NCBI RefSeq assembly: GCF_018977255.1
Contig: NW_024704743.1
Span: 21,330,001 to 21,394,000 of the forward strand
Source of the DNA: Callorhinchus milii
Taxonomy: Eukaryota
Direction of reading: 5' to 3'
Length of the DNA stretch: 64,000 nucleotides
Shown here: positions 38,821 to 50,790 of the stretch, one piece after another
How positions within the stretch are numbered: the stretch's first letter is position 1
Layout: each line of letters starts with the position of its first letter
Position numbers and translations under genes: made by a program
The notes under the pieces: generated by a model
What the model was told of the DNA's origin: nothing
The model's input: the letters and a program-made list of their open reading frames with translations, nothing else
Database searches by the model: none

Positions 38821-39355
38821 ATTGGTAACCGAAGGCCTAGGCAGAGGAACAGAATCCACACAGTCATTAGATCCTCCACCCACCTGTGTGGAGTCAGAAA
38901 TCTCCAAAGAGGCTCCTTTCCAAACTGTGGAGCAGGTGACCGCTCACCACGCATCTTTGCCTCAGGCTGCTCCTGCCGCATTCCACGAGACACAGAATTC
39001 CCTGGTGAAGTCAGAGCCCCAAATGGTCATCCATCACATCCAGAGCTCCTCTGTGCTGATCCAACCGACCCACCACTCTTCAATGTTGGTTCACCCTTCC
39101 CAGAGTCCTCCCGGAATCCCAAAGCAAGCTCACAATGTCTCGGCTACGGTTCAGCCTCAGGCACCGTCCTCCTCGGCTGTTACAAAGCAATGCCAGGAGT
39201 CCATAGAAAGAGTAGCTCAAACCCAGAGTCCTCAAGCTCACCAGCCTCTGAGCTCCCCATCCACAGCGCAGCCTGCGTCTGCCCAGAACCTCTTTATTGA
39301 CGAGATTCACGCTGCGAGTGCTAAAAAAAGCATCTACCGAAAAATGAGTTTCGAG
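38821..39355 (+). CDS. KIAA1217: KIAA1217 exon (535 nt, phase 2 to 0)
   Basis: tttgtttgcag|attg...ttcgag|gtagtg; LVTEGLGRG...HHIQSSSVLIQPTHHS...QNLFIDEIHAASAKK...SFE. Confidence 0.94.
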
Positions 39356-39476
39356 GTAGTGTTTCACTTTTGATTTCCGTCACCTTGCTGTAAATCATTT
39401 TGTCGCATTTTGAGAGGACCATAACCTGGACCAAATTGATACGAATCTCCAGGCTCTGATTTATGTTCAATTGCAG

Positions 39477-39657
39477 GCCGCGGAGAGAGAGTGGGAAGAG
39501 AAGAGGCACAACATTAATCAGTACGACGGGAGGGAGTTTGAACGGCTCTTGGAGGAAGCGCAGGCCAATTTGATGAAAGCAATTCCCAGTCTGGAAGTGG
39601 AGCCTGAGCAGAAAACAATTCAGAAGCCAGATGAGGCAGATGGAATCAAACAACTAG
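39477..39657 (+). CDS. KIAA1217: KIAA1217 exon (181 nt, phase 0 to 1)
   Basis: attgcag|gccg...ctag|gtgtgc; AAEREWEEKRHNINQYDGREFERLLEEAQANLMKAIPSLE. Confidence 0.95.
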
Positions 39658-41035
39658 GTGTGCTGTGTTTCCTCTGTGCTTGTGATCAACACAACACAAG
39701 TACATTACACATTTACATTTGTATATCGCCTTTCACGTCAGGAGGACGTCGCAGGCACTTAACAATAATGGCTTGTGAAGAGAGAAGTGAAGGGGTTGAG
39801 CAAAGACCTTTTTTTTAAACTTAGTACTAAACTCCTGATGTGTTTGTAAACGAAACAATTTGTGGTAAGACACCTGAGGAGCAAGGAGAGGACTAAGACA
39901 GAGCTCCCATAACTACATGTGTAGCTGTTAATCTGACCACTGGAGGGTGCCTGAGAGTAGGCTAAAGGTGAGTCCCTCATCTTCCCTTTCAAAGCTGCTC
40001 TCACAAGATTACACGATTGGTTTGGTTAAAGAAGGCCCTTCAGCCCATTTGATCTCCTTCCAGATTACTTGCTCTACTGTCCTTCTCCCACATCACCAAG
40101 CTTTTTTTAAAAAAAATTGGTATAGTGATCTATTCACATCATTAATTACCTTTCGTGTAAATAAATGCTTCCTGGTATCTGTCCTGAAATTGTCATTTGC
40201 AATCCTAAATTAGTGTCCTCTTGTTCTGCTTTCTGAAATACTTCCCACGCATTCAGGAAGTCACAGTGCAGTGAATTGTAGGCGTTAACAACACCAACAA
40301 CAAAATTACATTGTATAGCGCCTTTCACGTCGGGAGGATGTCCCAAGGCACTGGGTAATAAAGCTAGGTCTTACCCAGCCCAGCACATTGGAAGAATATT
40401 AAAACTATCACAACAACAACAACAACAAAATTACATTTGTAAAGCATCTTTCACATCGGGAGGACATCCCAAGGCGCTGAACAGACAGAGTTATGGATCC
40501 GAGCTGGGAGGGTCACAACCCATAATAAAATAATAAAATAACCCATGTTTATTGCTGCAGTTTATTCCGAGTCCCAGCCCTACACCCCAGCACCAATGTG
40601 CCTTGGTAAGTGCCACCAGCACAGATGCTTGTGTTGCTCTAACAATAACCACTGATGCTCTCTCCGCTATGTTGGTAACCATTTTGCACAGGTTTTTAAC
40701 TATATTAGAAATGATTCACACAGATAACGCCAACCGTTTGCTTTCTGCGGTAAATGTTTGCGTCAACTGATACACTAAACCCGGGTTAGTTGAGACGACT
40801 GTATTGTGAGCCCAAGCAATGCACAACCAGAACGCAGCTCAGTAGTGGGTCATCAAAGAGCTCCAAATACATGTTGGCTGAGTGAACCATCACTAGAATG
40901 TAAATAGTTGCAGTTCAGTTTAAATTGTAGCATTTGGGTCCGAGCCATAATGCTGCTTTCTTTAATGTTGTACCTGTGTGTGCCAGTCCAGACTGAGTTT
41001 GAAGCAATGACATAATCCTGTATTGTTCCTTGCAG

Positions 41036-41190
41036 AGGAGATGCCGCTGCCTGAAAAGGGAACCGAGAAACCCATGAAGTCACCTCCTCCGCCACCTCCA
41101 CGCCGGTCCTACCCTCCAGGCTCCGGCCTGACCACTGCCAGATCAGGGGAAGTGGTCGTGACTGCCAAGAAAGACATCATTACCATTATA
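41036..41190 (+). CDS. KIAA1217: KIAA1217 exon (155 nt, phase 1 to 0), proline-rich
   Basis: ttccttgcag|aggag...attata|gtaggt; KSPPPPPPRRSYPPGSGLTTARSGEVV. Confidence 0.93.
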
Positions 41191-42530
41191 GTAGGTGTTT
41201 GCTTCCGGATATCAGCTGATTGGCTCATTCGCACAGTTTAACAAGTAAAATAGTCAATAATATCCACAATATCTATAGAAAAGCAATCTCAGGTCTTTTT
41301 GAAACGCTTTGAGACATCTCAAAGACCTGATAAGGTGCTTTATGAAATGCAAGGATTATTATTATTACTACACACTAACATTTCTTATGATGTACTACTA
41401 CATTGTTTTAGCCAGAGATTCCATTGTTAGCCTGTTCCAGGTTTCTGTATAACCACTTCTAAAACCAGCTACTGGGAAACACCTCTCAAAAAGACCCTGT
41501 ATGTTTATTTTCCCTTTTTTTTGGACACGTATTTCCCTTTAGGGCTTCCCTCGCCTGCACCACTGAGATTAGGACCTCCCATTCGTGTGGGATTTCAGAG
41601 TCAGTGAAGGAATATCACGACGACAACAACAAATTACATTTGTAAAGCACCTTTCATGTTGGGAGGATGTCCCAAGGCTCTGAACACTATGACAGTACAA
41701 TTAGCCAGTGTAAGAATGAGTTAATATTTAGAATTTGCAAACCAAATAAGTCGACTTTTAGCATTTATTTTGTTAGGGGGAGGGGATTTGGGGGCTGTTG
41801 ATGATCTCCCTTTTCTTTCCTTCTTCTTCCTTCTCTTGGGGATATATCTTGTCACCAGCTACTCTCTCCAAGAGTGTATGCCTACCTACCTACTCAGTGA
41901 ATGTGACTGTTTGGCCGTGGAGGGCAACACAACTGAGATCCACTGGGTTCATTCACACTGGGCATTTAGATGTCAGTCAACCTGTCAATCCAGTGTGTCA
42001 GCCAGTTTGGCTTAGTAGTAGCACTCTCGCTTCTGAATCAGTAGCCGAGCCTTTGGTTTCTACACCCCTAACCTCTGGAACAGGCTCCCTAGAGAGACGG
42101 TTGAAGCAGGAAATGTTGATTTCTTCAAACACAGATTAGATAGTTTTCTTTAAGGAAATAATATTAAGGGGTATAGCACATAGGTTATTAAGGGACATCC
42201 GTGTGCATGCGACCGCCAGGAAGGCGGATGGCGAACTAGCTGGACCTTGGGTCTTTTTTGCGTCTAGCATTTCCTATGTACTTATGACTCTGTCGTGCCC
42301 ACACTCTTTCTGTCTTTACATCCCTCCTCAAATCCTACATCTTTGAACGTGCCTACAATCACCCCACCCGCCCACTGTCGGCTCGGTGTCTAGCCCAGGC
42401 TTCTGTATATCCACTTTATATCCACTATATACTAAAGTTATCCTAAGATGTTACCCTGTGTGAAGGGTACTATATCAATGGAAGTTGTTATAAAGTGTGT
42501 TGGATAAAAGCGTACTCTGTTCCCGTTTAG

Positions 42531-42680
42531 GCTGATGAAGAGAACAGCCCAGTGCAACCACCAAAGTCACCAAAAAGTCCATTGGAGATGAAGGGAAAAC
42601 TACAGCCTCCCGCTCCCATTGCAGCCTCAGCCATCAAAGAAGATGAGGATGAGGGTGACCGGATAATGGCAGAACTCCAG
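42531..42680 (+). CDS. KIAA1217: KIAA1217 exon (150 nt, phase 0 to 0)
   Basis: cccgtttag|gctgat...ctccag|gtacat; ADEENSPVQPPKSPKS...KEDEDEGDRIMAELQ. Confidence 0.94.
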
Positions 42681-43096
42681 GTACATGTAGAAGCGAAGGA
42701 CCCCTTGTATTTATTTTTAGCTTTGCTGTAAAGGTTACCAGAACTTCAAGCCCTGACTTGCCTGTGTTGGTTAAACGGCTGGAGATTTGGGTAATGACTC
42801 TTGTGTATTTATCTGTTTAACACTGGGTTGCCTAGCTTTGTTTTTTTTAAAACTTCTAAAGGTTTTCATGGTACATAGGTGTCTAAATTGTGGTGTTTCT
42901 TAACAGGATTTCTTAATAAGTAATCCGAATCCCACTGATTATGACTCTTTCCAGTATAAGTACGTCAAGTTGATCTTGACACAGTCATTTCCACTTTTCA
43001 GTAAAATCTCGTGAAGCGCTTTGACATGTTTTGAAAAGTGATAAGGTTCTACATTAAATGCAAGGATTATTATTATTACCACCACTCTGACTGATT

Positions 43097-43444
43097 TCTG
43101 TAGCTCAGTGGTTAGAGCACTCGCCTCGCAAGCGAGAAGCCTGGATTCGATTCCTGGCAGGGTGAAACGTTGGACAAGTTTCCTTACTCCACGCGCCTCT
43201 GTTTACCTAGCAGTAAGTAGGAAGCTAGTTGTTAGTTGATTGGAGGATTACTTTTCTGGAGGTAATAATTCCTTACAAAAATAATAAATTGGTCACTTCA
43301 ATCATGACTGTGTGTGGGACAATTGCCTGCCGTGTTTCGTCCACAAAATATATAGTCCATTCACTTTACAGTATATTCTGTGAAGCGCTTTGAGAAGTCT
43401 CGAAGACGTGCTAAGATGCTATATTAAATGCAAAGATTATTATT
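43097..43444 (+). mobile_element. Same tRNA-derived SINE, full-length
   Basis: tagctcagtggttagagcactcgcctcgcaagcgag...ttcgattcc...tail aaatgcaaagattattatt. Confidence 0.88.
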
Positions 43445-45762
43445 TCCGTAGCAGAGTTCCAGCCTGTCGATGGGAATTCTATTGAGATTTTTTGTTGAGC
43501 AAAATCTAGTCTGAAAAACATCATAAATTAGAGCCTGTTCTGAAAGCAGAATTCTCAATAATTCCAAAACCATCACACTGGGGGAAGAACGTGAAGATTA
43601 CTGCAGTGTTGAGCTGCAGACTGGGTCATTATCCCATTGCGTCACTGTGTTCTCCACTCCAGCTACATTCGAAAATAAGCAGCAGTCACATAAATACAAT
43701 TCCCCAAGGGGACAGCGATGGCACTGCATCTTTTTCTATGTCTCTACTGAGCAGACGTAAGCCTTTTAAAGCATGAAATGCACATTATTGCTGTGCACAA
43801 ACTGACAGTAATGACTTAGTGTAAATGTATATTATTTTGAAGACCTTCAGAATGTGCTCGAGCGAGGATTTCGGGTCACAACGTGACAAATGTGGATGTG
43901 GTGTCTGCTAACGTCCTGGGCGCGGCAACGGCAACTATATATTCAAAGCAGTGAGGTGTCAATAGGAGCAACAGGTTAAAGAGGTGTTCCCTGTGGACAC
44001 TGTGACTGAGGTCAAGAGTGAGATCTTCGCCTCCTTCACCTCCCTCGCCCCCCAACCTCTCAGTGCTCACCCCCAGCCTGAGTACAGACTCTGGGACGTT
44101 CTCCCGACATGGAAGCTGCTATATAAATGTAAATTTGCATTGCGTTGTCGGAGGCTCGGTGCTTTTTACATAGTCCTGAGTATGAAGTGGGGGTGAGGGG
44201 TCACTGCAGGAAAAAACAAAACCTTTTATGTGACTGTTATTTTGGGGCTGCCACCAGTTCGGACACAATCGCCCCCGCAGTGTGTAATAAATCTAATAAT
44301 TTATTAGATTTTAATAAATTATATTAGAAACATACTGCTGCAGGAGCACCTCTGCAGCTCCCTCTCACTGAATTTGGCCCCTTTCACACTGCAGGGGCGA
44401 TTCTGACAGAAATGAAAGGTTAGTGGATTTAAGCAGTGGAGAAGCAGAGGAGAAAGAGGAGAAAGAAAAGAAAGTCTGGACCTGGATACTCAAGCTGAGA
44501 AAACCTCCACACTTAACAATCTGTATAACAAGACATGTGAAAGGATGTCTTGGTGGAGGAGATTGGTTGCAGGCTACATTTGGATGGGAAGAGTGCATTA
44601 GCTGGGGGTTTGAAAGGATGCCCAGTGTAAACGTGTTTGTCAGCTGGTGATTTGATCGCCCACATCTCAACGCCTTCATGAATTATTAACATGTAGTTTT
44701 AACAAACTTCTTTTCTCCCTTTCCACTTTGTTCTTCCCGGTGACATATATGCTGCGACATGGTTGACGAGTGACATTTGCTGCTTAACATGACAACGAAA
44801 GCCCAGACTTCCATTTCAATGCAGTATTGTGAAATGCCTGTCAACCCGATTTACCTGCACTGAACTTGCCTGATGCGAAAAAGCAGATTTCAGCACCTGT
44901 TGTGTTGTGCCCCTTTCTTTAGGCTGATGGCAGAAATGGTCCGTTTGTCTGGCTGACCGGGTCTGTTTGGAAGTGAATGTACAAGGTGCATAATACGGAG
45001 CAGGGTGACCTTGCACTTTCACGGAGAAAGCCAAATTGTCATTTTAGGAGTTTCAATCGGCTTTTTTGTAGTCCACCCGGAGATATCTCCAGTGAAAGAT
45101 CGTGGTTAATCGAGTTAACTTCGCAAGCAACGTGGGCTGAAAACTTATGAGCAGGAATTAATTTACATTGAAGCGTCCAGTGCTAGTTTTAGTTTGGTGA
45201 TTCAGAAACAGAAAGAGGCTCATACAGTTCAATGTTAACACAGTTGATGCTCATGATTTAGTTGCCTGTAGCTTCTCATGAACTTAGCCTTAAAACCGTT
45301 GTATTAAAATGTGAGACACAACAGAATTCATACGATTTTTATTTACAACATTGCCTTTCACATCGAGAAGATGGCTCAAACCACTTAATACGTTTCCACT
45401 AATCCGCATGGGTTTAAGTTGTACTTTTCCTTTGGCAGCATTATGTTCTGGTAGTTCTTTTTTCACACAATGGTGGAAAAATAAAAAATTTGAAAAAATC
45501 TTAATTGTAGAATTTTTGAAAATTTTGCACAATCTTAAATGGTGGTCTTTTGGCTAAGACCGTGGGATATTTCGGGTCTTGGGTTCGGCACTTTGTGCTG
45601 TTACCTAGTTTGAGCTAAAAATGAGTCTTATGAGCCTGGGTCAGGGAAGAGAAAAAATAGTGAGGATTTCTGCTCATGATCGCCCTCCATTGACCACCTG
45701 CTAGAAGTATATGTGTGTGAATCTCCTTTGAGACAGGTTAGAACATGGCTGTAATGTTCGTC

Positions 45763-46215
45763 AACAACAACAACAGCTGGTATTTATATATATCACATAG
45801 GGCAATTCTTATGATGGGGTCAGATGCCGAGCAGGACAGGTGGGGGTAGCAGGGAGGTGGCCGGAGGCGCAGTTGAAGAGGTAGGTTTTAAGACGGTACT
45901 TAAAGCAGACAGACAGATTAGAGAGGGGATAAGATTCAGGAGTGGAGGGGAGAAGTTCAGAGGTTAGGGGTATAGAATCGGAAAGCTCAGTCACCGACGG
46001 TGGTACGGACAGAGCAGGGGACATGTGGACAGGGCGGGGAACGTGGCATAAGCCCCCTTTGCTGAACGAAGGTTGTGAGCTGTGAGCAGAGCAATGGAGT
46101 AGAAGGAGATCAGAGAGACAAGGACATGAAGGGATTTACAGGAAGGCTGAATAGCTTGTATAGTCTGCCAAGCCTTGATTCTAGGCACAGACAGGAAGAT
46201 TGGCCACTGAAAGGC
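45763..46215 (-). mobile_element. Degenerate L2 3' fragment
   Basis: (CAA)n tail at ~45765; FKYRLKTYLF and QWP remnants. Confidence 0.65.
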
Positions 46216-48307
46216 AGCTAGTGTTGAGAAAATTATGTCCCAGCGTGAGTCAGTGCCAGGTTGGCGGGGTGGGGGGGGGGGGAGTGGGGGGAGAGGAAGG
46301 GACAACATTCTGTTTCATAAATGTCTGGTGCCTGTATGAAGTTTTGGAACTGGATCAGCACTTTACATGGGGGACATACAAGGTCAGCAAGCGGTCACTG
46401 CAGCAAAGATTACATTTGTAAGACGCGTTCGAAGCTGCTGATTTGTGGAAGCTGGTTGACTGCACTTCGAAAGCGCTCAGTCGGCATTTTTCTCTGTGTC
46501 AAAACAATCACAGTTTAAAGGAAACTAATCTGTTGTTACCGGCTTGGATTAGCACCTTAATATTCTGCAGGGTGTTTCAGTGCGTTCAGTTTGTGTGAAG
46601 TGTTTGCTCAATCTGGTGGCAGTTTTTTTCCGGTTCATTCTGTCATCTTTCCTGTTGGACGCCAGGCAGTTCATTGAATGTGAATCAAATGTGAAGTCTA
46701 CATTAATAAAATAATAGGGAAACTCTTATCCCTTTTCTTTTATCATGTTTGCATGTGAGGTATTAACAAATATTGGCAAGGGGCTTGAAATCTGGGTGCC
46801 AAACCGTGATTAAGCTCCTTGGGGCGTCCTCCCCATTGTAATAAATGTAAATGTGGTGTAATGTAAATGACAAATATTTATACACTGAAGGTCACTATCC
46901 CTGCCAAATTTTGGCTTTCAGGCTGTTTCTGGGATGAGAAATGATCCAAAAAAATCCGATTTTCCCTATTTATGTCAGGAAAAGAGAAAATAGCCATCTT
47001 GTGTTCATCGGGTAACCACCATGTTATTTCCTGTTTGCAGGAAAAAATCAGGGAAAATCAGGAAAACTTGCAAAGGCTCTTTTGTGGCTGGTGTTCGACA
47101 GTAACCTGAGGACCTAGAAGGTCGACTTTGTTTAGCACGGGAAGCCGAAATGCTTTGCAGTGGGGCTACACCGTGCATTCTCAACCCTGTTCTTTTGAAC
47201 AATAATTTTAGCATTTACAGTAAGGNTTTTTTTGGTGTGTCTGATACATACAGATACCCATCACTATGTTTAAGACCATCCAAACCAAACTGAGAATTTC
47301 ATGCATCCCATCCACACATGGGAATTCCCGAGATAGATTGTTGGAATGGAATGCGCTCTCTCCCTGGAGGGAGATTGATTTTTTTATCCACAGGGGATGT
47401 TTTTGTCTGATCTAATCAGACAAATGTTATTTCATTACCTGGACTGAAAATATCCAACCTGAGTGAACATTTAGCTCGAGGGGTTATTTCACATTCCCTT
47501 TGGTTCTGCTCCGTTCTATAGATGGCTCTTCAGTGTTGCTCTCCGAAGAAATGAACAGATTTTCAGCCTCACAAGTGAACCAACAGCTCCCCCAGTGGCC
47601 TAATGGGTGAGAGCAGATAGGCCACGCACACAGGTTGCAGTGGATGAGTCAGCCAGGGTTAGGTAGGGAAAAATCAGCCCAAATTCCTGCTTCCAATAAC
47701 AGGCAGAGTAGATGTGTACGTGGGCATCAGGGGACAGAAATTCCACCTGGGACTGGATTTACTATTTTATCTCTTAGCAATCCAGAGCATCCAGAATTTA
47801 GCAAATTCTTGAATACAGTCTCAACGTAGAAGCCAGTTTTCAGTCATTTATTTTAAGAACTGGCTTCGGAGTAACATGAAATTCAGCGATTTACCAGATT
47901 CTGGTTCTAAAATAGAATAAATCTATTTGTCAAGCGGAATATCTACCCTCAAAGACCTCAAATGTTTATGATCTGAGTCTTAAGACCATTATCTTAACAT
48001 GTAAAATCTTAGAGTTTGGGGAAAATTAAGTCTTAATCTAGGAGTCAGTTATGTTAATAATAGAATAATAATAATCCTTGCATTTTATACAGCGCCTTTC
48101 ATATGAGGACATCTCAAAACACTTCACAAGATTTACTGTAAAGTGTGCTGACTGTATTTTGTAGGTGAATGACTATATAGAAAAGGAATAGTATAATAAC
48201 TGCTTTTTAAAATATTTCTTCCATGATCTGTGATGTATTTTGTATCTTGACTTCATTGCACTCTTGCGTCCTTTTTGTTGCTAACCTGATGTACTTTAAT
48301 CTCTCAG

Positions 48308-48427
48308 GCTTTCCAGAAATGCTCAGTTATGGATGTAAGTTCCAAACCAGGTGTTGAGCAGCCCAGAGTTGAATTGCAAACCAGAGACCTAAGGCCCATG
48401 GCTTTAATATCACCCAAAGAAAAGAAG
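48308..48427 (+). CDS. KIAA1217: KIAA1217 exon (120 nt, phase 0 to 0)
   Basis: aatctctcag|gctttc...aagaag|gtaaca; AFQKCSVMDVSSKPGVEQPRVELQTRDLRPMALISPKEKK. Confidence 0.94.
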
Positions 48428-49019
48428 GTAACAACTCTGACATTGGAATCTGAGCTTGCCATGCTTCCACACATCGCATACTCTGCCTGCTTCAAGTACT
48501 AACAGCCTCTGCAGCTTCTATAATGCATTCTTCTATAGTTCACTCATCTCTACTACAATCTTCTGTACTGCAGTGCAAACATGCACAGCTCCCTGAAGTG
48601 CTTTTGAATGCTGTAAAATGCAAGTCTGCAGAGAATGAAAGTTGCCCTTTGCTATACACCACACAACCACCACTGGCTTCCTCGATAACCAACTTATAAC
48701 ACTTTCAACATTTACAGAGCACAGTTGCTCTGAATATTAACCTGAGGCCTCAGCAGTCTTGTTTAGAACCATATTCTAGGTGTCTTTATTTGAAAGCAAA
48801 CTGGTGACTTTCTGATGGAGTACACGGCACTGATTCTGAGAAGGCAAAAAGCAAGTGTAGTCCCATCAAGAAAAAAGGGAAGGCACAGTGGTTGGGGTGA
48901 TTAGGAACCAGAATTTTTAAAGGTTCATATATATCAAACGTCTATCAAACGTGTATCAAACATACACAAAATTTAATAAATTCAGAACTCCACTGCCCAG
49001 ATACTAAACCACACAAAAC

Positions 49020-49446
49020 TCCAGACCCCCATCACACCAGTCCTCGCCAGGCTCCACTGGCTCCCAATTACTGAACAGATCGACTTCAAGATCCTCTCAC
49101 TCGTTTTCAAATCCCTTCATGCCCTCGCACCTCTCTACCTATCCGATTTGCTTACCCCCACAACTCCAACACCCACTGCCTCTACCAGTCCTCCTGTTAA
49201 TCTCTTGCCTCCCCCTCCACTCCACCATTGGCAGCCGTGCTCTGGAACTTCCTCCCTCAATCCCAACTACCTAGCCCCCTCCCTTCCCACTTTCAAATCC
49301 CACCTAAAGACCTTCCTTTTTGATCGTGCTTACGGTCACCTCCCTCACACCCCCTGGCTCGGGGTCAGACTCCACCACAGTCAAGCGTTCCGGGACGCTA
49401 TCCCACTTATAGGGCGCTATATAAATGCAAGTCGTCGTCGTTGTTG
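49020..49446 (+). mobile_element. L2 LINE 3' fragment
   Basis: ctccactggctccca...gatcgacttcaagatcctc; tail gcgctatataaatgcaagtcgtcgtcgttg. Confidence 0.85.
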
Positions 49447-50440
49447 CTAGTAACCAGATGTGCATCACAAGATCACTCACTCTAGAGATGTGCTCCTGCT
49501 GGCTGTGTCAGAGTGGAGTTTCTGCTGACTACATTTGGTCAACTGCAGGATTTGACATTCACCAATGATGTTGCTGCGGATACAACAACAACAACTCCCA
49601 TTTATATAGCACCCTTTATGCAGGGCAGCAACTCGGAGCACCTCATTTTAGACCCATTCCAGTGGTTCTGCGCTGAGTGCCTTGTTATTTTTATTTCTAT
49701 CTTGTTTTCTGCCCGTTCTCCAAAAATATATTGAGCCCAATTAGTACACAGCTCCCTCGAACCAAGAAGGAAAACACATGACCTGCTCCCAGCTCTCCAG
49801 AATCACCAATTCTCAGCTCGCTGCTAAGGAGTGGAATAGAAGAAGCACAAGGTGACTTGTCCTCCTTTTAGCCTCCCCTCAGCCCATCACCACCAAAAAG
49901 ACTAGAGCTTATTTGGCAGACACTAAGCACAGAACCTGTGCCCAGTTGTTTCGTGCTTCAAATTCCCCTGTTTTCTGGTGTTCTTCATTGTGTTTTTCAC
50001 CCTCCCCTCGAACACAAACATTTCTGACTTATTAGTGGTCTCTCCTCCGCTGTAAGCAGTCCTGTGATCAATACGTTCTTTTGCCAGGCTTATCGTAGAG
50101 CACACTCAGGTTAGTGAAACTGATGCTGTCTCGATATCGAAGCAAGGAAATTAAGCTTCTCGTTTTGAAGGGAAAGCTTTTGAGGAATCAATAGCGAGCA
50201 GCAGGAAGTATGAAAAATATCAACAACTACAAGAATCTATTTGAAGCCATAGAAATTTACAACATAGAAGAAGACTGTTAGGCCCATCATGTCTGAACTT
50301 GCAGTTTCAACTTGTTCAAATTCAGAAACATCATTTCAACTAGTTTCTCGTTCAGAGGCAGGATTTTAAATACATCAGGTCACCTCCCCAATAGCTCAGT
50401 CAGTAGAACCACTTTGCAAGAGTCAAAATCTAAACCATTG

Positions 50441-50790
50441 TGGAGTCCTGTAGCTCAATGGTTAGAGCACTCGCCTCGCACGCGAGATGACATGGGTTCG
50501 ATTCCCAGCAGGGCGAAACGTTGGGCAAGTTTCCTTACTCCACACGCCTCTGTTTACCTAGCAGTAAGTAGGAACCCAGTTGTTAGTCAATTGGCAGATT
50601 GCTTTCTGGGGTTAATCCCTTCTCCAAAAAAAACAACGATTTAGTCGCTCAATCCATGATTATTTGTGGGACACTGCTCTGTCGTGCTTCGCTCACAAAA
50701 TGCACAGTTAATCCACTTTACAATATATCCAGTGAAGTGCTTTGAGACATCTCAACTACGTGTTAAGGTGCTATCTCATGTACGGATCAA
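50441..50790 (+). mobile_element. tRNA(Ala)-derived SINE with V-like central domain and L2-type tail
   Basis: A box TAGCTCAATGG, B box GGTTCGATTCC, anticodon-like arm ctcgc-ctCGCac-gcgag; body ttgggcaagtttccttactccac.cgcctctgtttacctagcagtaagtagg. Confidence 0.88.

Noticed and set aside
44395..44650. Exon-like ORF (DLSSGEAEEKEEKEKK)
   Set aside because: The host intron is phase 0 and the AG at 44394 is followed by GGG CGA TTC TGA; the acceptor lies within an inverted-repeat terminus; no SKT similarity.
47226..47226. Single N base
   Set aside because: Assembly ambiguity next to a T run; not biological.
50442..50515. tRNA-Ala(CGC)-like sequence (also at 43097, ~14040-14115, ~28490-28564)
   Set aside because: The acceptor stem is imperfect and each copy continues into the same SINE body and tail; these are SINE heads, not tRNA genes.
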